64,000 nt of DNA from Felis catus. Lineage: Eukaryota. This document shows positions 1-12,641 of this stretch, piece after piece (positions within the stretch are counted from its first letter, which is position 1; the number at the start of each line of letters is the position of its first letter). The notes below the pieces were generated by a model. The model ran no database searches. It saw only the letters and a list, made by a program, of their open reading frames with translations, and was not told the origin of the DNA. The stretch covers positions 76,508,001-76,572,000 of the forward strand of contig NC_058378.1 in assembly GCF_018350175.1 (NCBI RefSeq), in the 5' to 3' direction. The position numbers were made by a program, and so were the translations under genes.

Positions 1-239
1 CTGCCATTGTGGGCTTGGGCAGAAGAATGCCACTGTGTCGTTTCTGTTTTCCATTTTATCAAATCATACAACCGTGTTTCAGTCATTCTGACATATCCAG
101 TCTCTTTACCTACTATCCTCGGCTGTTTCTGAATTGAGCCAGTGTTTCCTTAATACACGCTTTCCTAAATTATAAAGTTGGGGACTTAATGTAATTTCTG
201 AAATTCACATAATCAATACACTCTTGCTATTGCTGTGGC

Positions 240-430
240 AAGATTGAGGAGGGTTTCGATTTGTAGCCAGTTGGTCGGAGTGCAGGTGGCCTGGGGACCC
301 CCCCCGCCCCCGCCCCAGGCTGTGGCTAGTCTGTAAATGGAGAAGCAGTCTTGCCGGAGACTGAGCCCTTAAGCTGTGGAGTCTAACTCCAGATGGTTGG
401 CCCCAGGATTGCACTACAGTATTGCAGGAA
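240..430 (+). mobile_element. MER21-like (ERVL-class) LTR 3' fragment
   Basis: TTTGTAGCCAGTTGGTC...GCAGTCTTG...GACTGAGCCCTTAAGCTGTGG...CTAACTCCAG resembles the recalled MER21 3' portion. Confidence 0.65.
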
Positions 431-2087
431 CCAAGTCATGTTAATGGTGGAAATGGAGAGAGAAAGCCTCACGCTCCTTGGATATCTAACTGACCATGAG
501 ATAGTCCAGTATCTTTCCAAGAATGTCCTTTCATCCACCCCACCCCCTCAATGAGCTAGAGTAGGTCTATCCTTGCAAATCAAAGAAACTTTGGTAATTT
601 GGGCAGGGAAGCAGGCCATCAGAAGCCTGTGGTACCCCTTCCCATCTGAGATCTTGTTAAGTCGGACAGATACCCAACTCCCCAGAATCTGCTCCTAAGA
701 GGACGCCAGGTGGTAAGACCATGGACCTTGCATGATCTCGTCCTGTCTTGCATTCTCTGCCCCAACCCTGGTTTGGGGCCACAGCCTGACCCTACATCCC
801 TTCCTGGATTGCTCTGCTCTCTGCCTGGACCCCAGTGGATGCTTGTAGGGAACTCAGACAGGAAGGGCCTCAGGCTGCCTCCCCCAACTGTGACCTCAAG
901 AGGTCATCCTGGGCTGTCTTTATGTTAGGTTCCTCTACTGGTCCAAAATAGAATCTGCCATTTGGCTTCCATTTGGTCCATGTGTTCATGTCTTTGGTGT
1001 TTCAGTTTTATGCAGTAACAGGTTAAGAATCTTACTGTCTCCTTATTGCTGTAATTTCTAAGTATTAAAGCCTGAATTATGGGTTTCTAAGAGGACGCCA
1101 ATGATCTGTATCTCCAGTATACACTAATGGGTGGTACAATTAATATTTAATTAGAATATTTTCTGGACTATTTTCTAGAAAACTTTAACTTAATTTTAGG
1201 TGGAAAAAGGTACAGGCTTTCCCCCCCCCCCTTGTGCCATTCATTTTTTCCAGCTCTTTCGGGTTCCTTATGCTATTGCTGGAATGTGATTAATCGGACT
1301 GTCAGTGTTGGTTTAACTTTCTTTTTGGTGAATTTAGAAAAATCTTGCAGTGATTTTATGAATCTAAATTATACATGCAAAAATTTTAAATGTAGATGGA
1401 AAATTTTATCCGGATGTGTATCAACCCTGGGAGTCCTTAGGGGCGGGCTCTTGTTCGAGATTTTAGGGTGTTTCTGATAGCTTCGGAAGCCAGAACTACT
1501 GCTTACTGCTTCTGTGATCCCTCTAGGTGCATATTTTTGTAAGCCCTTATATGTCCCTCATAACTGGTAATAAAGTTCTTCAAATAAGTAAGTAGGGAGG
1601 TGGTAAGTGCTTAGCAGGGAACTAGTGTTTTATTTCAGAGCCAGGCTTGGGCCGGAGAGAAGAGCCAGGTTGGAGCTGGGGGATGTCACCGGAGGAAACA
1701 GAACAGAGCAGTGTTAACCCTGCGGACTGGGGGAAGGAAGCCCTTTGGGGCCTTTAGAGAAGATGGGAAAAAAAGACAAGGGGAAGAAGGAGATTTAGGG
1801 TATCTGGCAGAGCCACCAACAACAGCCTCTGACCCACCTCTTAGCCCCTGCCACAGTCTGCTCTTGGACTTCTCGGTGAAGACGCACTTACTGCAAATGC
1901 TTATGCTGTAAGCCCGTATCCACTGGGTATAGGGTGTTGATTGTGGAACTGTTGGTGGCACTGCTCACCCCAGAGCTCCCTCTTAAAACTCCAATGACAA
2001 GTAACCTTCGTGACTTTTCTCCAGTTTCGTCCAGTGAATAATTTGATTTCTGATGTTTCATGTAAAGGGATTGGCCAGGGCTCAGCC

Positions 2088-2090
<3 letters not shown>

Positions 2091-2136
<46 letters not shown>
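2091..2136 (+). repeat. (TG)23 microsatellite
   Basis: Direct reading. Confidence 0.98.
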
Positions 2137-2140
<4 letters not shown>

Positions 2141-2357
2141 ACTTTTATTTATTTATTTTTTTTTTGAGAGACAGAGAGAGACAGAGTCCAAGTTGGGGAG
2201 GGCAGAGAGCGAAGGAAACACAGAATTCGAAGCAGGCTCCAGGCTCTGAGCAAGCTGTCAGCACATAGCCCGATGCGGGACTCTAACCCATGAACCATGA
2301 GATCATGACCTGAGCCAAAGTCGGACGCTCAACCAACCGAACCACCCAGGTGTCCCC
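2141..2357 (-). mobile_element. Can-SINE (SINEC_Fc family)
   Basis: Reverse strand begins GGGGACACCTGGGTGG, tRNA-derived head, (CT)-rich linker, A-rich tail. Confidence 0.95.
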
Positions 2358-2744
2358 AGCCTTGTGTTTTGTAACCCCTTCATCATGACCCCTGCCTGCC
2401 CCCCACCCTTGTCCTGTGGCCAATAGCCAAGCCTGGCTGACATTCAAACTCGGAACCACATGAGAGCCAGAGAGACAGATCAATGCCAGTGAATTGCAGT
2501 GTATTGGAAACTTAGAAGCTTGTACAGCTGAGATCTCAGCTTATGAGACAACAGGCAGCAGCCTTTATTTTTGATATTGTTGATATACTTTTTAAATTAC
2601 AAATGAATACACATTGATTGCTGAAAATTCAAACCAAACAGAAAAATATAAAGTAAATAATGGATGTCTTCTATCCCATAAATCCTCTCTCCTAGTCCAA
2701 CTCCTTATGTATAACACAGCTACCAGTTTGGCCACGAACATGCA

Positions 2745-2747
<3 letters not shown>

Positions 2748-2786
<39 letters not shown>
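2748..2786 (+). repeat. (AC)n microsatellite; short (CAA)n follows at ~2815-2833
   Basis: Direct reading. Confidence 0.95.
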
Positions 2787-2787
<1 letters not shown>

Positions 2788-4289
2788 TTCCAGGACTTTT
2801 GTTCTTTCCATGTTGACAACAACAACAACAACAAAAAGTGATAATACAAGTCATCCGCTTTACCCTCAGTGACATAACAAGGATGCCTTACATGGTGGTG
2901 TATGTTTACAATTGACCTCTGACCTTTGTTCCAAAGTCTTGCTCTGCTCTAACTCATCAAACCACACCCTATTGACTGGTATTTGGCTTATCTCTACTTA
3001 TTTGATCATTCAATAAATATTTTTGTGGCATTTAGTAAATGTTAGTGCCTGTTCTAGACCAAGATGCCCACCCTCATGGGGTTTCCTGCAATGGACCCTC
3101 ACGTGCCTCCTTCCTGGTTACAGGGCAGGTTTTGGGGGTGTAGTGTGTCAGAGAGCATGAGGGTTTTACATGTTGATGGGTCCTGACCAAATGCCACATA
3201 TCTAACTTTATACCGTGTCTTTTAAAATCCTATAATTTCTTTTATTTCTGTGCAGAAGGAATCATTTCTTTTCCAGAGTCCTATCTCCTGTGGACCCATG
3301 TGAAAGTGATTATATTTTAATCAGAAATGCTGGAAGAATAATTGAAGTCATAATGCAAGAGCTCTTTTGTCAGGGAAACACTGATGGGATTTCTCACTTG
3401 TATTTTGGCTACTCTCCTTTCTCAGAAGATGTAATTTAAACTGTGCAAAGAACCATCATCCTGAGGCTTCCTTGGGCTCTGAAGTGTCTGGGGACTGTTG
3501 GCCGTCTCCAGTGAAATTTGACATCTTTCTAGAACTCCTGAGGCAGGAGGAGCCTGTTAGAAATCTGGAAGTCTCTTTCAGCCTCTCAACAGTGGGGATT
3601 TCAGTTGACTCTCCCAGCTTGTGTGGTGGGATAATCTCGCCCTGAGAACAGGGGAAAGAATCCTGTTAGGGTTTCTGATCTTTCCAAATAAACAGAATAG
3701 AGAGTGTTAAAATCAGACCTGTGATGTTAATGCAATGTTTTTATTTTGTTAAGTGATTTCTGACTTCATGTTTCAATGTTTTCAGCATCTCTAGAACTAG
3801 AGCAGAATAATTGTTGTGGTCAGTACCTGACATGAATGCAAAGACACCTGGGTGGCTTTCAGAAAAGCAGGCATCGGGTTCTCCATCAGCTTGGGTCTTG
3901 GTTCTCTAATCCCTTTTTCTTAGGTGTTCCCAGGAACCTCTGCTTGGGGAGAGAGGAGAGGCATACTGGCCACTGGCAGAGGAGGGGAGTGTTCTACAGG
4001 AGAAGGGGTCAAATGCATAGCAGTCTGAAGCCAGAATCTTGGGTTCAAATACCAAGATGGCAATTTACTAATGATGTGACTGTGGGGACATTATTGATGC
4101 CCTGTACTGTACTCTGCAGGGCTGTTGTGAGACTTTCTACACTTCTAGCCACACAATTTGCATTCAGATGTGGGTTTGGTTCACTGTGTTTAGCTGTGGG
4201 ACCAATGAGGCTGGAGGGTGGGAGCTGGGATGCTAGGTACGTGATTTATTTCATTTATGGTCCATAATGGCACACGATGCTTGGGTCCT

Positions 4290-4450
4290 ACCGACCTGGG
4301 TCTCAGACGCTGGGTTCTGATTTCCTAGATGTGGACTTTGGCTGAGTCATTTAACCTCTTTGAGCCACTCGTTCCTTCGTCAGTCACAGGAGATAGTGAC
4401 ATCACCCCCGTCTGGAGTGTGTCCCTGAGCACCACACAGGAGAATACCTA
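4290..4450 (+). mobile_element. MIR fragment (second MIR-like fragment at ~4020-4150)
   Basis: GTGGACTTTGGCTGAGTCATTTAACCTCTTTGAGCC resembles the MIR core. Confidence 0.6.
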
Positions 4451-5039
4451 GAGGGTCTGCACTGAACCCCGGGGTGCAAAGAGAAAGCCATACACAGTGG
4501 CCATCACGCCTCAGAGTTCTCATCTCACTCCCGCCACCGCCTTCTTTTTACTTCTGCCTGAATTTCTTGAGGCGGGCAAGTAATTTTAGCTGGACAGCTA
4601 CACGCCCATCTGGCACAGTGAATGAGAGGAAAAAATCGGTCCTTTTCCATTTCGTAGACATCTTCAGCCTGCAGAGGCAGCCAAACCTCCTGGGCAATTT
4701 TCTCAGAAGAATCACTGCCTGTGCTGAAAAGGAAATCATTATTCTTGGCAGAGATCCCTGACTTGTTCCAATGGACAAATCAACGCAAAATAACTTCACT
4801 GAACGGTTTTATGTAAGTTGCTTGGGGAGCGTTTTGAACTAGTGTTGACTGGGCAGCAGGTTCATGCAGTTCATCACCCGCTCTTCTTGTAGCTGCAGCG
4901 GTGGCCCTACTGAGATGATTTTATGAAAGGCTGGGTGACCAGTAACACTTTCCTTTACACATTCCCTAATACAAATGCTCTTTGGTGCCGGACGCTGGAA
5001 TTTCAATCAAGCGGGCACATGGGCAGACACAAAGGCATG

Positions 5040-6050
5040 CGTTCATCCATTCACGATTCATCCACTCAACAAATGTTTACTGTGCACCTGTAACTCACCA
5101 GGCACTGATCCAGGTCATGAGAACACAGCAATGAAGAAGAAACCTGGTGCCTGCCCTATGGAGCCTATCGTGTAGTAAGAGAGAAACTTGTATCAAATAC
5201 TCGGTAAATCACTAAGACACAAACAACAGTAAGTGCTGAAGAGGAGAGACGTGAGGTTCGAGGTGCTGGATGGATACCTAACCTATTCAGATCTGCTGTG
5301 TGTGGGGTGGTGGGAGACCTATTCAGAAGGGGCGAGGAAGGTTTTGCTCCAGAAGGGTAGTTGAATGGGAATCTGAAGGGTGAGGATGGGCTAACCCGGT
5401 TGAGGTAGAAGAACATTCCAGAAGGATGGAGCTGAAAGTGTAAACACCCTGAGGTGAGAGAGCATGCATGTTCCAGGAATTGAGAGAAGGCCAGGGTGGC
5501 AGTGACTGAGGTGCGAAGAAGTCAAGATGAGTCCGAAGATGAGGCACTCACACGGGCCAAGTAGGCATTGCCAAGAATTTCTGTTTTTATTCCAGTGCCA
5601 AATGGCAAACCACTGTTAAAAGGTTTTATGAATGGGTGTTCATGTATGTATGGGTGTGTGTGTTGTTTACGACTTGATTTTCATTTTGGAAGCACCTCTG
5701 GGCTACAGCGTGGGGTTAGGAGTGGGGATGGGAGAGAAGTTAGGGAACCGGGGAGAGACGGCGGACAATTGGACAGAGATGGTCGTGGAAATGCCTGGGC
5801 CTTTGAATGCATTGAGGATGTACACCGACAGGATGTCGTTTTGGATCTAGAAATGGAGGTGATGGAGAGGTTAGGGGTGACGCTTGAGGTTCTGACTTGC
5901 AAAGCAGGGTGGACGGTGGAGCCATTCACTGAGGTGAGTAACACTGGGACAGAGCCAGGCAGGCAAAGGAGATGGGGTGGAGGCAGGGCGTGGAAAGCCC
6001 TGAGTTCTTCCTCCCAGCACTCTCTGGGCCTGTGCACCTGTAGCTCACCT
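5040..6050 (-). mobile_element. L2 LINE 3' portion, degraded
   Basis: CATTCA-type terminus (CATCCACTCAACAAATGTTTACTGTGCACC...CCAGGCACTG...GCCCTATGGAGC) and purine-rich L2-like body. Confidence 0.65.
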
Positions 6051-6531
6051 CCGCATATGGAGGACCTCCTTCTGAATTTTGTGCCACTGTCACCTCTACA
6101 AATAAGTTTTCAGACTTCTCACTCAGCATCGCTACATTGCCATGTTTTCATACCCCTCGGGGAACTCAATTCAGTCTCTGAAAGAAATGGCATTTTCTCT
6201 AGACCAGGTCTAAGTCAAGTTCCCTCTCCATTTGGTAAGAAATAACATTAACAACAGCCACCATTCCTTGCAGGATGCTGTGCTAGGTGCCTAACATTTG
6301 CAACTTTATCTGAACTTGGGACTAAGTCAGACCAGCAGTGAGCGATGAGCCTGATTCTGGTTCAGCAGTCAAGGAAGTAATGACTGAACAAACACTCCTT
6401 GCCAAGAACCTAATGTGCTATGCTTGGCCCTTGGGATACAAAGATAGAATATGGATCTGTCCTCGGCGTGGGGTGAGGGAAGAGGGGAGACCTACGTGTG
6501 CTACTATATCCTGGCTTAAAGAAATTATCTG

Positions 6532-6697
6532 GGGGCGCCAGAGTGGCTCAGTCTGTTAAGCATATGACTTTGGCTCAGGTCATGATCTCATGGTTCATGG
6601 GTTCTAGCCCGGAGCCTGCTTCGGATTCTGTGTCTCCCTCTCTCTCTGCCCCTCCCTCGCTTGCACTGTCTCTCAAAAATGAATAAACGTTCAAAAA
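6532..6697 (+). mobile_element. Can-SINE with ~33-bp internal deletion
   Basis: GGGGCGCCAGAGTGGCTCAG head and AATAAA tail; flanked by AAAGAAAT(T/G)ATCTGG TSD. Confidence 0.93.
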
Positions 6698-7204
6698 GAA
6701 AGAAATGATCTGGCAGGGAAGACACACATATCAAGACCTGGCCATAAGCAGAATGAGGTGAGGTAGGCAGTAGGTCCTGGATGACAGAGGAGAAGGGATT
6801 CACTTACAGGGAGGATTGGGGCAGGCTTCCTGGAGGTGGCAGCACTTGTTTGGGGGCTTATGGGATGAATAAGAGTTCAGGATGTAGAGCAGATGAGGGA
6901 AGGACATTTTGGGCACAGGAATCAGAGTGCAGGGTACGTTTGGGGAGGGTGGGGGGCTGCTGGAGTGCAAGGCATGTGGAGGGGGAAGGAGTGAGAGAGG
7001 AGGAAGAAGTTAGAAAGGGCCAGAGAGTGGAGGTCTTCCTATGCTAAAGAGTTTGGATCTGATTCTGCGGGTGGCTATAGCTGCGACAGGTTCCTAAAAA
7101 GGGGAGAAGAACAGTGCCTATAATTTAGAAAAACGACTCAGGTGGCAAGGGGAAGAGTGGGTTGGAGAGGCAAGACATTAGATTTTCCAGATTTTAGGCA
7201 GCTC

Positions 7205-7635
7205 TTAGAGGTTGAATTGTGTTCCCCAAACACCCTAACACCCTGTACCTGTCATTATGGTCTCATTTGGAAGTAGGGTCTTTGTAGATGTGATCAAGTT
7301 AAGATGCGCCCATCAGTGTGTATCTTAATCCAGCGTGACGGGTGTCCCCAGAGGGGAATTTGGACACAGACACACACAGGGAGGGTGCCGTGTGACAACC
7401 ATGGGGGCAGAGATCGCTGCTATGTAGCCGCTGCAAACCAAGGAGTGCCAAGGGTCTCCGGTGACAGGAGTTGTGAGAAAAGCCTGGAACGGACGGATCC
7501 TCCCCAGAGCCCTTGAGACAGTCTGTCCCCACCTACACCTTGGTTCTGTACGTCTGGCCTCCAGAACTGTGAGAGGGTAAGTTTCTGTTGTGCAAAGCTC
7601 CTGGGTGAGGTGATTTGTTATGGTGCCACAGGAGG
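7205..7635 (+). mobile_element. MLT1 (MaLR) solo LTR, MLT1B/C-like
   Basis: GTTGAATTGTGTTCCCCAAA...GGGTCTTTGTAGATGTGATCAAGTTAAGATG...GGCCTCCAGAACTGTGAGAG...TTTCTGTTG...TTTGTTATGG motifs. Confidence 0.85.
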
Positions 7636-8139
7636 GCTTCCTGAAAACCAGCCAGGCTGGGCCTCAGCCTTAGAGTCTCACAGAGGTGTGGGCCCAACCT
7701 CAGGGAGGATTCAAACTCATACTTTCTCCGTCAAAGGAGGCAGTGAGGACCTTCCCCAACTCAAGCAAGTCCTCACAAACGTGCTGCTGAAGGCGGTGGG
7801 ACCAGATCACCTTCTGCCTCAGCAGATGCCATGAAGCGCCCTCAGGAGCGAGGCTGGGAGAGACGATGCTCCCCTGAACCCCAAACTCGCTCCTGGTGCG
7901 CGGAGAAGAATTATAATGGCAGGAGCAGAACTTATGACGCACTCCGGAAGCTTCTGAGACTTTATAGCCTGAGGGTTGGTCCCTGTGACAACTAAATTCG
8001 AATGGGCTTTGCCATGTGCCTTGCACGGGGAGGCTGCTGGTGGAGAGAGGAAGCTCTCGTCCTGCCTTTGGGTTTAAGCTGCCGCCTCCTGTCACTGACT
8101 CAGTGACAGTTTAAAAATGAAAGTGAGAACCTCACTCCA

Positions 8140-8475
8140 TAATTAAAGAATGCAAATCAGAGCAACAAAGAGAGGCCATTGTTCGTGCATTGAATTGGAG
8201 AGAAATTAAATTAAAGTGTTGGGGACAGGGGAGGGAGGTGGTGGGTGGCAGTCGGCCTCAGAATGTTGATGGCAATGAAAACGTTTGCAGCCTCTCGGGA
8301 GGATAATCTCATAATGTCTATCAAAATGCTTAATGCCCACACAGGGTTCTATACAGCGTAGGTAAGTTCCTGCCCTGCTACAAATCTACCCTACAATCAT
8401 GTTCGCAAAAATTTGCCAATTGATATGTCCAGTTTGTAATGGAGAAAATAGAAGAAAAAAAAACTGGAAACAACT
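8140..8475 (+). mobile_element. Old L1M (L1ME-like) fragment, resumes at ~8985-9060 after the MLT2 insertion
   Basis: AATGCAAATCAGAGCAAC... and AAAACTGGAAACAACT | AACTTAATGTTTTCAGTAGAAGACTGGATA resemble contiguous L1 ORF2-end sequence. Confidence 0.6.
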
Positions 8476-8981
8476 TGTGATGGCTAATTTTAGGGGTCAA
8501 CATGACTAGACCAAGCGATGCCCAGAGAGCTGGTAAAACACTATTTCTGGGTATGTCTGTGAGGGTGTTTCCAGAAAAGAATCACATTTTAATTGGTAGA
8601 CTGAGTAAAGACCGATCTCACCAAAGTGGATGGGCCACATCCGGTCTGGTGAGAGCCTGAATGGAACCACAAGACCGGGGAAAGGTGGGTTTACTCTCTG
8701 CTTAACCTGGGACATCCATCTCCTGCCCTCAGACATTGGCGCTTCTGGTCACTGAGCCTTCAGACTCAGACCAGGACTCGTGCCATTGACTGTCCTGGCT
8801 CTCAGGCCTTAGGAGTTAGTGCAAAACATGCCACCAGCTTTCCCGGGCCTCCAGCTTGCAAAGCAGGTGGTGGGACTTCTCAGTCTCCATAATTGCATGA
8901 GGCAAACCCTCAAAATAAGTCTCTTTCTATGTATCTGCATAGATCTGTTGGTTCTGTTTCTCTGGGGAACTCTAATATTCA
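8476..8981 (+). mobile_element. MLT2 (ERVL) solo LTR
   Basis: Starts TGTGATGGCTAATTTTAGGGGTCAACATGACTAG; contains GGTAGACTGAGTAAAG; ends CTGTTGGTTCTGTTTCTCTGGGGAACTCTAATA; CAACT on both flanks. Confidence 0.9.
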
Positions 8982-9269
8982 ACTTAATGTTTTTCAGTAG
9001 AAGACTGGATAGTTTTATTATGTGCATCTATACAATGGATTGCTAAAATTAATTGGGAGACTATTCTGGGGTAACTGTTCTGGATGGAGTATAATTCGGT
9101 GCCATAACTTTTTTTATGTTTTAAATTAAAACTAACGATTTGAATTGAAAACACAATTCTATAATTTCGAAATTATTTATCACCATCTACTGAGACTGAG
9201 CAGATGCATACCAATATAACCTAGCAGGTCTCCTCCTGAATGCATTCTCTATAGATTTGCATCATATAA

Positions 9270-9730
9270 TCAACAAAAGACATTAAGAATGCCCCCAGCA
9301 GCTCCATTTATAATAGCCCAGTCTGAAACAAGGTAAATACCCAAAAAGTGTAGACTAGGTCGGTAAATTGTGGAATAGGCATATTGCTGGAATACAATAC
9401 AGCAACAAAAACAAACTGTGGCTCTATGCAACTATATAGGTAAATCTTGCAAGCACAATGTCGAGTTAAAGAAGCCAGACATAAAAGAGAGTGTAGTAGT
9501 ACACAGTACATGATTCCAAGTGTCTGAAGCTCAAAGTCAGGGAAAATGAGTGAAATGAGTGATAGAAGTCCAGGTAGGGATGACCTTTGTTGGGGGTAAT
9601 GACTGGGGTGAAACATGGAGTCCATTTCTTGGCATAGGTGGTGATTAGTTGAATGTGTTCACTTTGAAAATTCATCAAGCTCTACACTGATGACTTTGGC
9701 GTTTATATGTATGTAATACTTCAACTAAAA
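9270..9730 (+). mobile_element. L1MC/L1ME 3' end fragment
   Basis: GCAGCTCCATTTATAATAGCCCAGTCTGAAACAAGG...AAAGAAGCCAGACATAAAAGAG...CATCAAGCTCTACAC motifs. Confidence 0.7.
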
Positions 9731-9744
9731 ACTTACTTAAAAAT

Positions 9745-10612
9745 AGATACAACTCAACAACAAAAAAGAACAAACAACCCAGTTAAAAAATGGGCCACGG
9801 TCTTGATAGACATTCCTCCAAAGATATATGAATGCTCAATACACATGAACAGATACTCAATGTCACTCATCATTAGGGAAATGCAGATCAAAATTATAAT
9901 GAGATACCACTTCATACTCCTTAGGATGGCAATGATTTTTTTTTTTAAAAAGGGAAAATGACAGGTGTTGGTGAGGATGTGGGGAAATTGGAACCCTTGT
10001 ACATTCCTCGTGGAAATGCAAAATAGGGCAGCTGCTGTGGAAAATGGTCTGGTGGACCCTCACAAAGTTAAACATAGAATTACCATATGATCCAACACTT
10101 CTACGTCTAACCATACACCTCAAATAATTAAAAGCAGGGACTCAACAGTACTTTTACACCAATAGTCAAATGATGGAAGCAACACAAATGTCCTTCAAGA
10201 GATGAATGAATAAACAAAATGTGCTATATCCCCCAATGGAATATTACTCAGCCATAAAAAGGGATGAAATTCTGATACATGCTATAGCAAAGATGAACTC
10301 TGAAAACATGCTAAGTGACATAAGTCAGATGCAAAAGGATAAATATTGTATATGAATCCCCAGGTATGAAGTTACTGAAATGGACGAATTCGTTGAGACA
10401 GGAAGTAGAATAGCGGTTACCAAGGCCTGGTGGGAGGGAGAACGTGGAGTTATTTAACAGTGTAAAGTTTCAGTTTGGAATGATGAAAGTTCTGGAAATG
10501 AATCGTGCTGACGTTGCACATGGTTATGCATGCGACGGTTTGAATATACTTAATGTCACTGAGCTGCATGTAAAAGGGTAAACTTTATGTATATCTTATC
10601 ACAAAAAAAAGT
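9745..10612 (+). mobile_element. L1MB-type LINE: ORF2 C-terminal remnant plus 3' UTR, 5'-truncated
   Basis: AGGGAAATGCAGATCAAAATTATAATGAGATACCAC...GGTGAGGATGTGGGGAAATTGGAACCC...ACCATATGATCC...GAGACAGGAAGTAGAATAGCGGTTACC...A-rich end. Confidence 0.85.
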
Positions 10613-12641
10613 AAAATATAATATACTTAAAAAATAGAGATCTATGTGATCTATGTGATAGCATACATGGAGAACGTAACCCTGATTAAATATTTTAAAA
10701 GAGCATGGAAATACATGCAGTTACATTAATATTTTAACCGAGAGGATGTGCAAGAAAAGCTGATAGTGGTTATCTTTGCAGAGGACAGGAAGTAGTGGGG
10801 ACAGCGAGGGGTCCTTTTTTATTTAAAACCTTTGTCTGTATCCACTGAAATCTTCTTTCCCTGGACATGCATTGTCTTTATTCAAATTACTATAAAATCA
10901 CAAGGGAAGGAGGCAGGGGCAGAAGTTCCCTTGTACTCACTTTCTCCAGCGTGCAGGCCAGTCCCCTGGGGAGCAGTCCTGAGTCTGGGGTGGCAGACAG
11001 GCCAGCAGAGCCACTGGCTTGTGCGCCCCTGGTCCTCCCCAGGATGGCACGACACACGGCAGGCTGATCACTGCAGTTACTTCCTGGAAGGGGCAAAGCC
11101 TGTTAGCCTGGGGCTCCAATTTATGGAAGACCCGGTCCATTTCATTTTTATAGGCCAAATTATAGAACGATTCACCTTTGTTTTATATAGTTGTTTCAAT
11201 AATAGAAAAAGGGCATCGAACATGTAGTGAGGTAGCTTGCCCAAGAGAGTAGGGGAGAGGGAACTGGTTATGTCTTTGAACAATAACTGGTATATATTTA
11301 ATGCCTGCAAATCACTGATGTTAGCAGAGTAGTTTCCTAGAGGAAGCGTCCACACTTTGGACTCTCTAGAGGCTCAACGGAGCTGTTTGCATTAGTATCA
11401 CTGTGAAGGACAGTCATTATTCCATGTAATCTGTGACGATTGTGACCATGGAGTGGGAACTTGCTATCCCCCTACCTGGCTTCCTGGTGAAAACAAATTT
11501 CTTGGGCCTGAGCTCTTTGGGCCAACGAGTTGTTTATTAAAGTGTATGACAACTGGACAGGAAAAAAATCCCACATTTTCCTAGAATTCAAGGAACATGG
11601 TTGTCACTTGCATCAAAGAGCTGTAGAATGGTTGTCCCCTAGAGCCTTCGAGCATTTTCACACTGTCAACTGGTCCCAAGAGACAGGAGACAGACAACGC
11701 TCCAAAACCATGGGATGGGGTGGTAAAGAAATACCTCATTACTGAGAAGTTTCTAGTTGATTCAAAAGTTTAACTCCCCCTTGAAGGAGCATTGCTAGTT
11801 TAAAAAATTAAAGTGTAATCAGGTGGGAAAACAATCACGTTGTTTTTCAGATTTCAAAGCTGGGTTTAGCAAGAAAAACATTGCTTAAACAGAAAGCCTT
11901 CCTTGTCCTCAACCAAGGATATTTCACAGCATAATTTTGCTTCTGTTTTATGACAAAGAAATCTCTGGGATATGATGTGGTGGCTTCCCTGAACAATCTC
12001 ACCATAAAGTTAGTTCCAGCAAGATCCTAGTGTAGTCTCCAGCCGTGGTTCCACGGCTGCTTCCATTAGGTTGGTTAATAACGGAGCTCGCATCTGCTGA
12101 AAACCTAGTTTGCAGCTAATAACGCTCAGATGCGTAGGCTTTTCTATGTGGAAGGAAATGCTCATTTGTTTCATTTGAGGAGGCATAAACACCAAGTAAT
12201 TACGACTTCTCCAGTTCTGCTCCACAAGGAGAGTGTCTAATCATCATTAATCCCTCTGGGATGCACACTGTGGCACCAGCCCTGTGATGAGCTGGTTTGG
12301 AATCAATCTGGACGTAACATGCCATCCTTATCATTTAGCATTGGTTAATCTCCTCTCTCTCACAGCCAGAAGCCCTGAGCACATGTGACTGTGGAACACA
12401 GAGGGAATGGACTAGGATCTACATTTGAGTGGATCCTGGAAGATATACAAAACAAAGACTCCGAGGATGTCCCAAGTGCAGGCTCAGACTTGCGTCATCC
12501 CCTCCTTATGAGTGAAGCCAAGATGGGATTGGGAAGAAGGTACTTGATGACTGGGGTGGATGGGAGTGTTGTAGACTCTGGGTCTAGAGTTCTTTCTTGT
12601 CTAGCAAGAAAGCAGGACGCATGATTAAAATGCGAGAGATG

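Noticed and set aside
1087-1100. TGGCGTCC on the minus strand as a tRNA-Asn primer-binding site
   Set aside because: Only 8 nt match and no LTR end immediately adjacent.
5568-6245. 225-aa ORF (non-ATG start)
   Set aside because: Overlaps degraded L2 sequence; no recognisable domain or exon structure.
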